Both the position numbers and the translations under genes were made by a program. Positions 11,690 through 26,676 of a DNA stretch of 64,000 bases are shown here, piece by piece. The stretch spans positions 75,516,001 through 75,580,000 of the forward strand of contig OX597819.1 of assembly GCA_951406725.2 (NCBI GenBank), written 5' to 3'. This DNA comes from Octopus vulgaris. Taxonomy: Eukaryota. Each line of letters starts with the position of its first letter. The stretch's first letter is position 1. A model generated the notes under the pieces. The model worked only from the letters and a program-made list of their open reading frames with translations, was not told where the DNA came from and did not search any database.

Positions 11690-11727
11690 CTTAATCTTTC
11701 GTCACACTCCTGTGACCGCATCAGTGG
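11690..11727 (-). ncRNA. Hammerhead-like core variant (degenerate)
   Basis: Minus strand CCA-CTGATGC-G-GTCACA-ggag-TGTGAC-GAAA. Stem III and cleavage site not recognisable. Confidence 0.4.
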
Positions 11728-12031
11728 TCCTTTGTTTTCTTCTTTCTTTTTTGTGTCTCTCCTTACTAACCGTCAGCCATTTTGTATTTCTATTGTATGT
11801 CTTCATTTGCGCATGTTTATATCTCTATGTGCGTCTATGTTTATTTAGTGTGTGCATGTGGGGGGATGCTTGTAATATTTGTATCTTCTGTTTATATATG
11901 TTCATGTAATTTGTATTTTGTTTTTGTTGTTTTTGTTTATTCTTATTTTGTTCATGTGTTTACATCTACTTAATATTATCATTACATATGCTTGTATGTA
12001 TGTGTGTATGTATGTATAACAACAATACTAG

Positions 12032-12157
<126 letters not shown>

Positions 12158-12209
12158 GATCCAGCGCATCTCTCTCTCCTATATATATATATATAGATAG
12201 ATAGATATG

Positions 12210-12335
<126 letters not shown>

Positions 12336-12554
12336 GAGAGAGATGCTGGATTGGTATGCAAAGGGTAGGTTCCTAGCATTTTCAAATTTATAAATTATCG
12401 AATTATTGTGCTGAGGATGGGAATGAATTTGTATAATTCTAATCCAGAAACGCTTCCACAATTAATCGAAGACTGTTTGATTTCGTTATTTTTCTTTTTT
12501 TGCCTATGTGAGTTACAAATATTGTTATCTGTGGAGTAATTTCTAAATTTTCGG

Positions 12555-12661
<107 letters not shown>

Positions 12662-12889
12662 ATATATATATACATATATATACATATACATATTTATCAC
12701 CGCCGCCAGATGATAGCAGTTGATTATCTCCCGCAAGTGGTATAAACAAGATTGCCTATATGCATCAAGAATCCATATGGAATGTATTCTCATGGTGACA
12801 ATGGCAGTATCTTGTGTTTTAACACAACATCCACTTTTAAGTGGGGATAAATATTACCTTTTGGCATTAATACTGCTTCTGTTGCTATT

Positions 12890-13374
12890 ATATATATATA
12901 TAATATAAAATCCGTTCTGTCTGTCTGTGTCTTCTAGGATCTCGGGTATCCTCCATCCGATTGCTCTCAAATTTGATATGTAGATACCGACGGTATCAGG
13001 GCGTGTATAAGTCTTGAAAAAATTACAAAAATTGATTCCAGGTGAGAATACGATCGATAAAGCCGTGGGAACGTGCATTTGTATGCGCAAGTAGATCAGC
13101 TGTTGCGATCAATACAAAGCGCACGCGAGAAAAATGCACGTGCAGTTTGCACCAAAAAACCCCGGCTGGCTTGAAATAATGCCACAATCGTTTTTCTTTG
13201 GAATAGAAAAAAAGTCTATCTTTATTTCTTCTTTTGCTGTTGTCTGAAATTTAGGTTAAATCTGTGTTTCTCAAAGGAGAGGCCTATGAGAGGGTCGGAC
13301 AAGTTGTTTTGAGAAAATGTGGTTTAAATGTTTGAGAACTCAGCACCGTCAACTGGACGAGGGGCATTTTGCTC

Positions 13375-13375
<1 letters not shown>
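12890..13375 (+). mobile_element. Non-autonomous Helitron
   Basis: 5' ATAAAATCCGTTCTGTCTGTCTGT (same motif as the 35943 Helitron); 3' hairpin CGTC-aactg-GACG followed by CTCG|T (CTRR variant). Confidence 0.6.
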
Positions 13376-13420
<45 letters not shown>

Positions 13421-13467
13421 CGCTTTTCGTTTTTCTTGTTTCAGCTCAGAGCTGCGGCCATGCTGAT

Positions 13468-13501
<34 letters not shown>

Positions 13502-13600
13502 TCTCACACTGTGCTTTTCACGCTTTTTCGATCAAAACTCTTGCGAGTTAACACGGGATCCCTTGAAGACAATCTAACTCCCATTTGACTAAGGTACCTT

Positions 13601-13686
13601 TAGCCTGATGAGTCGCTAGCGAAGTACCCCCTCATTGAGTAATTACTACCTTCGAGGTTCTGCTAGCTACGAAACATGTTGCCTGG
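13601..13686 (+). ncRNA. Type-I hammerhead-like motif with long branched stem II
   Basis: TAGC-CTGATGA-GTcGCTAGC...GCTAGCtAC-GAAA-CATG-TT|GCCT. Core intact, palindromic ACATGT, GUU site, weak stem I. Confidence 0.6.
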
Positions 13687-13778
13687 ATTTTAGATACTCC
13701 AGTCCCTAAATTTGTATATATATATATACATACAAACACACACACATACATACATACATACATACACACACACATACA

Positions 13779-13812
<34 letters not shown>

Positions 13813-15034
13813 CATGCATACATACACACATACATACATGCATACATACACACACACTCACACACACATATATAAAGTTGGGAAAGAGTGGAATCGATTG
13901 TTATGCTGTTTTATCGACCATGAAAGATTAATAGGTAAAGTTGATTTCAGCCTGATTTGAACACAGAGTGTAGAAAGCCGGAACAATTGAGAAAACCACG
14001 CTATCCAATGCTCCAACGATTCTGCCATTTAGTCTCCTATACATATTTATATACTTGCGGAACACTGAGATTTTATATATTCGTATATACGAGCATATTC
14101 ATACTTCAACACATGATTACACATAGATGTTATATCAATATAAACATTGCTATTTCTATCATAATTTGACGAGCGATTACGCAGAGGCTCACTCAATGTT
14201 TTTGTGTTATTAGGTTTTAGCTGATGCTAAATCACAGATAAACCCCGTTCAAAGCGTCTGAGGCGTGACTATCTGATCTTTTGCATATAAGAGATATAAA
14301 TTATCCAGTGCGTGTTCCTACATTGAAGACAGGAGCATATGACCGGGAAGGAGAAATAACTGATATTTTTAGTAAGTCGTGTTACCACATAGAGTTTGTC
14401 TCACTCGTTGGCTCTATGGTAGGCTGTGTCTACATGCTCGCTGTTATTCTGCTGTTTGCTTATGGATATAGTTCTGTGGAAGACATTTCGGCACATTGTC
14501 TATTTTGTACTTATAGTCAATGATAAAAGTGTATTGTGGAAAATATTATCCATGCAATCTGTGTTTTTTAATTTAGCCAACGTACGGATATTTGTTATGC
14601 AAATGTTTAAAGTTACAAATAATTAAATAGTCAAATAATTAAGCAGACACACTCGATCGTGTTTCATGAATATTTTATACGTCAGGCAAAAGTCGTTGCC
14701 AAAGTAATACTCATTCACAAAACACACACGAACACACACACACACGCACTCCCTCCCCCACACGAACACAATCATATGTATATGAACGGAAATAAACATA
14801 TTCAAACAAAACAAGCAGGCATATTTTCAGTTACACTTTCTTGTTACGCACACACACACATACCACATTCATACGCACCATCATTCTCTTGCACTCATAT
14901 ATTGACATTATAGGCTGGCAAAGTTTACACTATATGTTTATGTATGCATGTATGTATGTATGTATGTATGTATGTATGTATGTATGTATGTATGTATGTA
15001 TGTATGTATGTATGTATGTATGTATATATACACA

Positions 15035-15259
15035 TAGGGTTGGCCAAAAGTCACTCGACAATAAAACCATTAAATTCCAAGATTTATTAATGTTTAACCA
15101 CTGAATAAATTTAATAAAAGCAACTAAATATTAAGCATGAAAAATTTTCAAACTCAAGTCCTTCTTGTGCGATACATTTTTCCATTCAAGTCAATACCGA
15201 CTTACAGAGAGTATTTACGGAATCTTCATTTACTGTCGGGTGACTTCAGGCCAACCCTG
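15035..15259. mobile_element. Tc1/mariner-like MITE
   Basis: Terminal inverted repeats TAGGGTTGGCCAAAAGTCACTCGACA / TGTCGGGTGACTTCAGGCCAACCCTG. Confidence 0.75.
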
Positions 15260-15349
15260 TGTATTACTCTTTTACTCTTTTACTTGTTTCAGCCATCCGG
15301 CTGGGGCCATGCTGGGGCACCGCCCTTATATGTGTATGTATATATATAT

Positions 15350-16022
<673 letters not shown>

Positions 16023-16694
16023 TTTGTGTATGTGTGTGAGTGTGTGTATGTGTGTGAGTGTGTGTATGTGTGTGAGTGTTTGTGTGTGTGTGTGTGTGTG
16101 TTTGCACATGAACGTGCGCGCGCACACATACACACACAGCCATATTCATAAGGAATCTTTATTTTCCGAAAAGTGACTCAATAAGCCGTTTCATTTTGTA
16201 CATCATGTAACCCATGGGATTTGCATTTCGTTGTTAAATTTACACAGAAAAAGATGACCCAGCCGGCAATTTGCTTTTGCATATCAACTGATTGAGTTTA
16301 TCATACCTTGTAATCAACGGAAACTCTCAGAATCTGTATTCCCTTTATAAGAACAAGCCTTTCTAATTCAAGCGAATTCGCATCAGATACTAAAAACATT
16401 TACCCAGAAATATATAGACAAACACACCTAGAGACAAGGATACTCTTTCATAACTTCTGCATATCTTATCAAAAATTTATTGCTTTATTGATCTTGTATT
16501 TTTTCTGTTATTTTCGTATGGTATTTTCTTTCACAAGCATTATGGTGTATAACGAATACTCTTTTACTTCGGCAATCTAAAACGAATATTACGAGCAATC
16601 AGTTTGTTGTATTCAGTTCACTCAGTCACATTACATACAATTTGTGCATATTTGATATTTTTTGTTACAGCAACATATCTATTTGTTATATAAT

Positions 16695-17100
16695 GCTTTC
16701 AAATTTTGGCACAATGCCAGCCATTCCTGATCAACCACGGTGCTTAGCGGCCACTTATTTTATCGTTTCCGAAGGATGAGAGGCAAAGTCCACCGCAGTG
16801 GAATTTGAACTCAGAATGTAAAAACAGACGAAAAGCCGCTACGCATTTCACCCGGCGTGGTAACGTTTATTTCTTTATTGCCCACAAGGGACTAAACATA
16901 GAGGGGACAAACAAGGACAGACTAACGGATTAAGTCGATTATATCGACCCTAGTGCGTAACTGGTACTTATTTAATCGACCCCGAAAGGATGAAAGGCAA
17001 AGTCGACCTCGGCGGAATTTGAACTCAGAACGTAGCGGCAGACGAAATGCCGCTAAGCACTTCGCCCGGCGGGCTAACGATTCTGCTAGCTTGCCGCCTT
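16695..17100 (-). mobile_element. Two tandem SINE family B copies
   Basis: GGAATTTGAACTCAGAA modules at about 16800 and 17015; head CTAGCTTGCCGCCTT at about 17090. Confidence 0.85.
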
Positions 17101-17862
17101 TGTTTGTTATATATTTGTGTTGTGGATGAACTGACACCCCTCGCACATGACTTTCAGGGGACTAGACGAGTCTTATACATTGATGAGCCAGTAGACCGGT
17201 GAGGTCGAACTGTAAGAGCATTAGTCTTGTTATTGGTTTTGCGTTGGAGTGTTATTGTGCGAACGGTTATAATAAGAAAACCAACTCTTGTTACATTGCT
17301 TACTGTTATACGATTATGTTTGGCATTGTGAGATATTGTTACACACGCACGCACATCATATATCGTCACTGACGATATAACAATTGTTATATATTACTGC
17401 AAATCTTGTCTGTACGCACATATTAAAATTTGCCATGCACCCAACGTCATTCACTCTTGCAAGTTTGATATCAAGGTATTGATCTTCATTTTCTGCAAAC
17501 TGATTCGCAATATTTGCAAATGGTCACGTTTAGGATAACATCTGATCAGACCATTCATCGAAAGCCTTCTGAAATCAACTGATTATTGTTTAGTAAATGT
17601 AGAAAGTCTTTTATATGTGAAACGAAAACGCACATGAATAAAAATATATGACTAACTACATTAGTATTCCTTTTAAGGCATAGAAGGAGAATTCTACATT
17701 AGAACGCCGCAAACCAATTGTAACCATATATACCTTATAATTAATTATCCCAAGACCTGTGCGGATTTTGTATGTGTGTAAATGGATATGTATGTATGTA
17801 TGTACGTATGTATGTATGTATGTATGTATGTATGTATGTATGTATGTATGTATGTATGTATG

Positions 17863-17898
<36 letters not shown>

Positions 17899-17938
17899 TA
17901 CTCACACATATATAAAGATATACATATACACACACACA

Positions 17939-17990
<52 letters not shown>

Positions 17991-18073
17991 GTATGTATGT
18001 ATGTATGTATATTTGTGAATATATATACACACATACATACATACATATATACATACATACATACATACATAAA

Positions 18074-18141
<68 letters not shown>

Positions 18142-18479
18142 TGAGTTAACTAGCGACAGCTGATGACGGTGGATTTTTCCTTGTGTAGCATGTCCTGTAC
18201 TTGTTTTCTTGTTGTAAACAATTTTTGGATTTTTCCTTGTGTAGCCTGTCCTGTACTTGTCGTAAAATTTTTGTTTTTCCCGTTTCTACGTCTTGCTGTG
18301 GCGTCCTGTACTTACGTATATTTATTTATATGTGCATGTATATATACATGTAGATGTAGGTACGTACATATATGTTTGTATGTATGCATATATTTTTATT
18401 TATCACATTATTGTCTGACAGCGCCTCGCGTCAGGTTCGTTTCGATTTGTCGGTTCGTTCCACTTCTTGTCTCCATTCA

Positions 18480-18531
<52 letters not shown>

Positions 18532-18615
18532 TTAGATACAAAACCACTATTTTGCAAAACAAACAAGGAAAGACTTAATCAATACATAAAATTTTAATAA
18601 AAAGTAAAAAAACCG

Positions 18616-18658
18616 CCACTACAATTGTTTCATGTCTTGATCGACAATCTTCAGGTGG
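18616..18658 (-). ncRNA. Minimal type-I hammerhead ribozyme (minus-strand copy)
   Basis: Exact reverse complement of 18721-18763. Confidence 0.8.
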
Positions 18659-18720
18659 ATTTCCGATTTTCAAGTCAGTTTCAAATTATGTAATTTGAAA
18701 CTGACTTGAAAATCGGAAAT

Positions 18721-18763
18721 CCACCTGAAGATTGTCGATCAAGACATGAAACAATTGTAGTGG
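18721..18763 (+). ncRNA. Minimal type-I hammerhead ribozyme
   Basis: CCAC-CTGAAGA-tTGTC-gatcaa-GACAt-GAAA-CAATTG-TA|GTGG: stem I CCAC/GTGG, palindromic stem III ACAATTGT, GUA site. Confidence 0.8.
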
Positions 18764-18936
18764 CGTTTTTTTTACTTTTTATTAAAATTTTATGTATTGA
18801 TTAAGTCTTTCCTTGTTTGTTTTGCAAAATAGTGGTTTTGTCTCTAATTAATATTATATAATATTTTACTATAAAATTGGATTTAATCCTAAATCTGATT
18901 TTTTTCCCTGTAAATTTGGATTTATTCCCTAATATT

Positions 18937-18988
<52 letters not shown>

Positions 18989-19221
18989 TTATAAATATAT
19001 GTGTGTATGTGTGTGTGTGTATTGCTTGGATTACTTTCTGCAAGTACTTCCGAAATACGGAACTGTAACAGCGCGTAATCTCAATACATTTACTTTCTCG
19101 TTTCGTTTTGAGTACTTTTTTTGCTTCTAAACTCAAATTTACACACGCACATATCTATACCTCATCCCATTCATCACTTCCTCAAACACTCCTTCCCTCA
19201 CTCACTCACTCACTCACGCAC

Positions 19222-19311
<90 letters not shown>

Positions 19312-19463
19312 AACATATTTAGGTATATGCATATGTGTATATGTATACATATAAATATCCACACGTAAATACACACATATCTGTATATACATATTTATGC
19401 ATGAATATATATACATATGTATATGTATATATGTGTATGCATATATATGTAAGTATGTATGTT

Positions 19464-19503
<40 letters not shown>

Positions 19504-19605
19504 TATATATGTATATATCTATCTATATATATGTATCTACGTTTGTATGTATGTATGCATGCATGCATGCATGCATACATACATGCATGTATGTATGTAT
19601 CCATG

Positions 19606-19669
<64 letters not shown>

Positions 19670-20159
19670 TATATAAGACAGTGAGTAATGCGGAGAGAAC
19701 AACCTAGAGATAGATTATAGATGCAGCTTAAGCTCCCCTTTAGAAACAATATTTTTGTTGTTTGTGGAAGAGGCTTGTGTTTTGCTACTCAATGCATCTT
19801 AAAGCAATTCCCAGGGCTTGTCAGTTTCGGTTCAGATCTGACAAACTTTCTGTCTATATCAGATAAACCGAAAAAAAAAAAGAAAAAAATTGAAGCAAAA
19901 ACCAAAACGAATGCAAACAGTAAACAAAAACGCTACCACCAAAGAAGAAGAACAATAAAATAATTATAAAAACAATAAATATAAACGAATCTCAAAATAT
20001 ACTAAAATTAGTACATGAATAGCTAATAAGGCAACAAGATTTAGTGTTTTGTTTTGCTCCGCTCTTACAAAAGAGGAAATTAGAAAAAGACAATATTGAC
20101 CATTTCTTTTGAACCGGGCTTGCGGCCAAGTTTTCCTTTTATTTATTATTGAAATGGCA

Positions 20160-20208
<49 letters not shown>

Positions 20209-20534
20209 TACGCACGCATGTACGCACATATATATATATATATATATACACACGTATACATACATGCATACATACATACATACATACATACATACATACA
20301 TACATACATACATGCATACATACATGCATACATACATACATGCATATACACATACACATTTATATATATATACTTACACATATTTCTTTCAGAATCAGAC
20401 AGGCAGAGAAAGAGAAAAAGAGAGTAAGAGAGAAAGTGACTGAGAGAGAGAGTGACAGAGAGAGAGAGAGAGAGGAAGAGAAAGAAAGAATGAAAGAGAG
20501 GGAGATTGAATGAGAGTGAGTGAAAGAGAGAAAG

Positions 20535-20602
<68 letters not shown>

Positions 20603-21479
20603 ATTGACTTCAGTACAGGGCCGGTTCTTTATTTACTGTGAAAAGATGAAAGTTTAACTTGACCTCGGTGATATTTGAACTCCGAAGTAGAAAGGCCGGG
20701 ATGATCACCTTTTCTTCCATTTTTAATTACTTGAAGTCTTTCTGCCAAAAAAGTAGCTGGTTTACAACACAGGCACAAATAATCGTCGTTGGAATGTAAA
20801 TAACAAAAAGCAAAGTCACGTTTTACACTTGAGAAAAGTCTTGCATATTTTTATTGTTCTGCTTACATGAGTATTTTTTATTGAGCATGTTAACTGGTTG
20901 ATTTTTTTTTTTCTGAAAACCCCAGCTTTTACAAATTGTCATTTAGGCATTTACTCACAAAACCAAGTGCTTCAGTTATTAATGGTATAAAAGTGAATTT
21001 ATGATTTGGGTTTAGAAGCTGATGACTTCAAAGCAGTAATCCATATGTATCCGCTTTCTCTTTGATTTTCACACTAGCAGGGCAACTGATCTCTTTGACG
21101 GTACCTATATATTTGTCTGTCCCAAACAATGATATCCAGCCTCTTATATTTGCTCTTGTTAGAAGTCTTGGATGGGGATGTTCCATCAATATTCCTTGTG
21201 TAGATGTTTGTGTACATGTGTGTATTTGTACGCATAGGAACCCTATATGTGTGTGTATATGTGTGTGTATACATACATACATGTGTACATGTATATATGT
21301 ATACACACACACATACACGTGTATATACATGATCACCATCAAAAAGTTTCAGTCATAATTTGACTTATTAACCTGTGAGTACACATGTAAAACTAAAAAG
21401 TAGCGGACCATTATATAAAAACTACTAATCTCTACTGTGGTATTGAGTACACCTTCTTCCAACAGTAAGCAGTAAACAC

Positions 21480-21533
<54 letters not shown>

Positions 21534-21800
21534 CATATATGACTGAACATATTGTGTATAACTGGTATATACAGATTTTTTGTCATGTTCCTATATCGTC
21601 CACATATCAATATGACCTTGATGTTGACGGTGTGCAGTTGATTGGCAATTACCATAAGCTTCCTTGCAATGAAATTTCCATAAACGCATTTTAGCATTAA
21701 CAAATCAGAAACGAACGTAAATGGACGGATTATCATCATCAGTATCTAATTATAAACGAGTAGGTGTTGTTTCCGCATAACAACAGTGAATAAGAGACTC

Positions 21801-21875
<75 letters not shown>

Positions 21876-22186
21876 GATAATTAGTTTATTTATATATGCT
21901 TTTATTTTATTTTATAGTTAACATCGTATCATGTATAGTTTTATCGATGCTGTTGTTACATAATAGAACAGAAAATGCAACCACAGTTACTGTAGATGGA
22001 TTGAAACGGATCACACATGTTCCCACACGCCTCACATACATGCAAGTACTCACACACACACACACACATACTTATTGGTTCATGTGCGCATGCATGCAAA
22101 ATAAGTAACAAAGGAGTCTCCACGCAGTCAGTCGCCTAGATAGAAATAGCAAACTAATCGACCTCATATTATATCCTATGATCTTA

Positions 22187-22395
22187 AGGTGGCGAGCTGG
22201 CGGAATCATCACCACGCTGGAATAAATGCTTAGCGGCATTTCATCCGTCTTCTGCATTCAAATTCCACTGAGGTCGGCTTTGCCTTTCATCCTTCGGGGT
22301 TCAATAAAATAAGTACTAGTGAAACACTGGAAATCGATGTAATCGACTAGTCCCCTCCCACCAAGTTTCAGGCCTTGTGCCTATAGTAGAAAAGA
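22187..22395 (+). mobile_element. SINE family B copy
   Basis: AAGGTGGCGAGCTGGCGGAATC..GAGGTCGGCTTTGCCTTTCATCC. Degenerate TSD ATTATAT..TGATCTTAA on both sides. Confidence 0.85.
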
Positions 22396-22499
22396 TTATA
22401 TTCTTTGATCTTAACATATAAAGAAACACATTAGGATAATGTCGTCCAAAATACGCTATACATTTTTGGTGATAGATCTACTCGTTTAAGGCTGCCTGG

Positions 22500-22822
22500 C
22501 TCTCCGTCGGTTACGACAACGAGTCTTCCAGTTGATTTGATCAACCGAACAGCATACTCGTGGTTGAATACTCAACATGCAAGTGGTTGAGTACTCCATA
22601 GACGCGCTAACCATTAGCGTAATTCTCAGAGAGATTCAACGTGACACAGAATATGACAAGTTGGTGCTTTTTGAATTACAGAAACAACTCATTTTTGCCA
22701 GCTGAGTGGACTAGAGCAAAGTGAAATAGAGTGTCTTGCTCAAGGACACAGCGCGCCACCGGGAATCGAACTCACGACCTTACGATCTTGACTGGAATAC
22801 TCTAAACACTAAGCCACGCGTT
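22500..22822 (-). mobile_element. tRNA-derived SINE family C
   Basis: Minus-strand head CGCGTGGCTTAGTGTTTAG..GAGTTCGATTCCCGG, then GTGTCCTTGAGCAAGACAC..CCACTCAGCTG. Related copies at about 32510-32850, 46090-46495 and 55270-55430. Confidence 0.8.
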
Positions 22823-24257
22823 CATGGCTAACTTGGGGCTGAATAACAATAACTGTCAGCCATCAGTAATAAGTCCAGCTACTGGGAGGAAGAGAAAGTT
22901 GAAATTAATGAGAAGTTTCCAGAGGCAAGTACGGAATGTTTTAAGCTGTTTGGTATATTTTTGTTTTGGATACGATGAAATTTACACACGTCCCTTCTCA
23001 CATAAAATATTTAGCATTTTTTACTTGTTATATATTATACCTTTTATCGTACGACATACAGAAAACTGTATTGGTCGAATAAAAGTAAAAGAGTTGAGTT
23101 TACACTAAAAGATTCAGAAAGCAACCGGCATTAAGTATACACTAAGTCACGGGTAGAAAGTAGCAGAGTACAGTAAAGCACAGATAAAAAGTGACTGGCA
23201 TTAGATAAACATTCAGCCGTGGATAGATAGCAACCGAAGTTAAGTATGCCTTAAACAGCATAGCGTCTAAGTTAATGCGTTATCCAAACCTACTGAACAT
23301 TGCTATAAAAATTTTATGATTAAAAATTAAGGTAATTAGAACACTTATGAACAATTTACTTGCATTTCTCTCAGCCCTAGTATATATAATCAACGTGCTA
23401 TCAGATTTGATCATAGATATTTTATTGGAATTCCGTTACACACAGTTGATGATGTTGTATCAGTAAAAAGTGACCACAGTTAATTATATATTATACTACA
23501 TAGTTAATAGCATGATTTGTGATATGTAGGTAAAAAAATTCATGAAATCATTTTTTTATTTTACCCTCGCCATCTACACTTCTTATCTCTTTCTTTTTTC
23601 TATTGAACTTATATATTTATTTATAGACACTGTTCTCTATTAAGATATTTGCCAGCATCTTCCGATAAACATAAGATGATTTCATATCAATATCCCTCCA
23701 AATCTTGCTAGTTCATACACCTATAATAGTATTAGATACCATTACGCAATATACATGGAATGACACTATTTCGATTATGCGAAACGGCTGTAAAGATAAG
23801 AACTTGATTACATCAGTTATTTGTATACGCAACATTCCATGTGAGTTTATTCCTCACGCCTACTTTTGTCTATCTGCCTTTCCCTGTATATATATATATA
23901 TATATATATACAGAGAGAGAGAGAGAGAGCGAGAGGGAGGGAGGGAGAGAGAGAGGGAGGGAGAGAGAGAGAGAGAGAGAGGTAAACAACACAACAAAGC
24001 AACTATCGAATTATCGGTTAACGAGCTGCGAACATATTTCTTTTACTATCACGTTGATTTCATAATAGCATGATTATATACTCCATACCAAAAATACAGG
24101 GAATTATTTGACTGCTACAACCCAACCAAATGAAAATTTCAGTAATGAAAGAGGTCTGAATTAACATAAGCAACACACCTACTCTTTTCTACACATTGAG
24201 TTATTTTCTATTTGTCTGTTAACTTATTTTGTAAGAAATATTTGCTAATATAATCCC

Positions 24258-24338
<81 letters not shown>

Positions 24339-24584
24339 TTATTTCAAGTTAAATACAAAATATTAAATTGAAGAATTACTCGCTACATTTTTGAGTAGCG
24401 TACATATTACATATTATTAAAATATTTACTAGATGAAGGGTGGTAGTGGCATTGAGTATAGCCAAATATATATTTATCGACCAAGTTCTCAGGAAATCAC
24501 TGAGATTGTACAAGAATGTTTTTCTCAGCTCGTTAGTCGACGTGTCCTGCTGTTTTTTTTCACCATACCAGATACCAGAGAGAG

Positions 24585-24649
<65 letters not shown>

Positions 24650-24889
24650 TTATATATATATAATTGCTTCTTAGCTTATGAGAGTGATGAAGTCAATTTG
24701 CATATTGGTATTAGTTTGACAACTCTTAGAAGTCGTTTTTCGAAGTAATAAGCAAGATTATGTATATACAACACACATTAACACATCATACGTACAAACG
24801 CGCGAAAATACAACTACACAGACATAATCACACACACATATATGTTTGTGTGTATGTGTATATATACACACTGAAGTATACATACATAC

Positions 24890-24925
<36 letters not shown>

Positions 24926-24966
24926 ACCTACATATAAACACATGCATGTGTATGTGTGTGTGTGTA

Positions 24967-25011
<45 letters not shown>

Positions 25012-25195
25012 CAATATATATATGTATCTGTCTATCTTTCGATAGATGAATATATAGTTATTTGCATATGTATGTATGCATGTATGTATGTATGTATGTA
25101 TGTATGTATGTATGTATGTATGTATGTATGTATGTATGTATATATATAAATATATACACACATATATATTTATATATACATACATACGTGCATAC

Positions 25196-25248
<53 letters not shown>

Positions 25249-25340
25249 CTCCCTTGCTACTTCATGTTTACTAGTGGTTCAATCCATTTATTCTGAATAG
25301 ATATACACATGTTTACTATCACTCTTTTGTAAAACTAAAG

Positions 25341-25382
<42 letters not shown>

Positions 25383-25460
25383 CACACACACACATGTATC
25401 TATGTATGTATGTATGTATGTATGTATATATCTATCTATCTATCTATATGTGCATATATA

Positions 25461-25509
<49 letters not shown>

Positions 25510-25518
25510 ATCTATCTA

Positions 25519-25572
<54 letters not shown>

Positions 25573-26268
25573 TTATATTTTGGTTATCAACGCTTAACCA
25601 AACACAGTACAAAATTAATGGTGTTATTTTATGTTAGACGAATAAATTTGAAACGGCGGAGAGAGACAATTGAATCTAATTTTACGAGGAAATTACGTAT
25701 TTCACGAGGTGTCTCATTTAGCTTGCGTTTATGGCAATTTTCGAACTTTTCTCCGAGGAGAAATAACAGCGTAGCGTAGATTAATATGAACTTGCAACAA
25801 GCAATAATAGAAACCATGTGGTAGCCTCGGTTAGCCTGAAGCTTTCTTGTTTACGATGCTCAGCACTCGAGAGACACATTAATGAAGCATCGTGGGAGTG
25901 TCTCTGTAGTCGAAATCTGGCGAGAAATAGCAGCTAAATCTACCTCACTCATATCTTCACCGTTTTAAAAATGGATATTCTTGTCTTAATTGTACATAGA
26001 AATATTTATGTTTCAATCTTTATTTCTGAGTGTGTGTATACGTGTGTGTGTGTGTCTGTGTGTGTACACACACATGTCTCTGTATTGTGTATATATATGT
26101 GAGCATATATATGCATATATATGCACACGTGTGTATGTATTTTGTATATACATGTGTGCATATATATGCATATATATGAAGGCAATTATACGGATAAACA
26201 AATTAAATATAAACAGCTTGGGTTTGATATACAATATATATATAGGTATATATATCTATATCTGTCTG

Positions 26269-26343
<75 letters not shown>

Positions 26344-26392
26344 GCCTGTCTGTCTGCCTGCCTGCCTGCCTGCCTGTCTGTCTATCTATCTA

Positions 26393-26531
<139 letters not shown>

Positions 26532-26641
26532 GTTTACGTGCACACAGAGAGAAAACAAAGACTGAAGTTTATGAAGCTACTCCTACAAATAGGATTCGTC
26601 CATCAAAATTCAAGGTAACTAAATCAATCTGCTCAATTAGA

Positions 26642-26676
<35 letters not shown>

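Larger units (their letters stand above)
18519..18860. repeat. 342-bp near-perfect palindrome, centre 18689/18690
   Basis: About 170-bp arms with only about 2 mismatches and a 2-nt centre (AATTA-TG-TAATT); left end runs into (TA)n. Confidence 0.95.

Noticed and set aside
14281-14523. ORF with a hydrophobic, signal-peptide-like stretch (MLAVILLFAYG)
   Set aside because: Starts within a dispersed repeat, has no splice support, and is short.
17170-17220. TTGATGAG-CC..GGT-GAGG..GTA hammerhead-like string
   Set aside because: GAAA is absent and the stems are too weak.
18160-18200. CTGATGA next to (TA)n
   Set aside because: No downstream stem II or GAAA.
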